Source: Myxine glutinosa (Eukaryota). Taken from it: DNA of 64,000 nucleotides. Below the pieces are notes generated by a model. It made no database searches, had not been told where the DNA came from, and saw nothing but the letters and a program-made list of their open reading frames with translations. The position numbers and the translations under genes were made by a program. Shown here in pieces: positions 63,996 to 64,000 of this stretch (its first letter is position 1; each line of letters starts with the position of its first letter). Location of the stretch: assembly GCF_040869285.1 (NCBI RefSeq), contig NC_090432.1; one strand, given 5' to 3'.

Positions 63996-64000
63996 ACTGT

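Overview
This window is eukaryotic, TE-saturated genomic DNA with no prokaryotic organisation. Tc1-like 'CAGTGCATTCAGAAAGTATTCAGACCCC' termini, CR1/L2-type LINEs and orthologues of CCDC113 and PHAF1/C16orf70 suggest a large-genome vertebrate, possibly fish- or amphibian-like; this is inference only. Recognisable content, left to right: (i) a 5'-truncated LTR-retrotransposon gag-pol (CCHC, PR, RT, RNaseH, IN) open from base 1, with a single in-frame TGA near the IN C-terminus. (ii) A ~1 kb LTR (~3962-4947) that also forms the 5' boundary of a ~6 kb non-autonomous-looking unit (4948-10928) carrying a ~480-aa coiled-coil ORF. That unit is closed by a second copy of the same LTR (10929-14094), itself split by a nested 5'-truncated CR1/L2-like LINE (11795-13970). 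(iii) Two more copies of the coiled-coil unit on the minus strand: 47850-53922, with an intact 484-aa ORF and short terminal direct repeats, and 59227-62180 (partial). (iv) A large foldback-like inverted repeat (arms 19119-20250 and 22441-23848) bounded by (GT)n/(CA)n, with a solo arm at 53940-54700. (v) A near-complete Ty3/Gypsy element (30696-35851) with 4-bp TSD CTCA, a PBS, a -1 gag/pol frame change and two in-frame stops. (vi) Tc1-like fragments, a tRNA-derived SINE with 13-bp TSDs, a 194-bp palindromic MITE, two TA-flanked TIR elements and a hAT/ZMYM1-like pseudogene. (vii) Several satellites and minisatellites with periods of 14, 29, 31 and 172 bp. (viii) Host exons: three C-terminal exons of a CCDC113 orthologue (17047-27320) and exons 1-3 of a PHAF1/C16orf70 orthologue (43970-44566). 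Many long ORFs in the supplied track are translations of tandem repeats or GC-rich LTRs, not genes.
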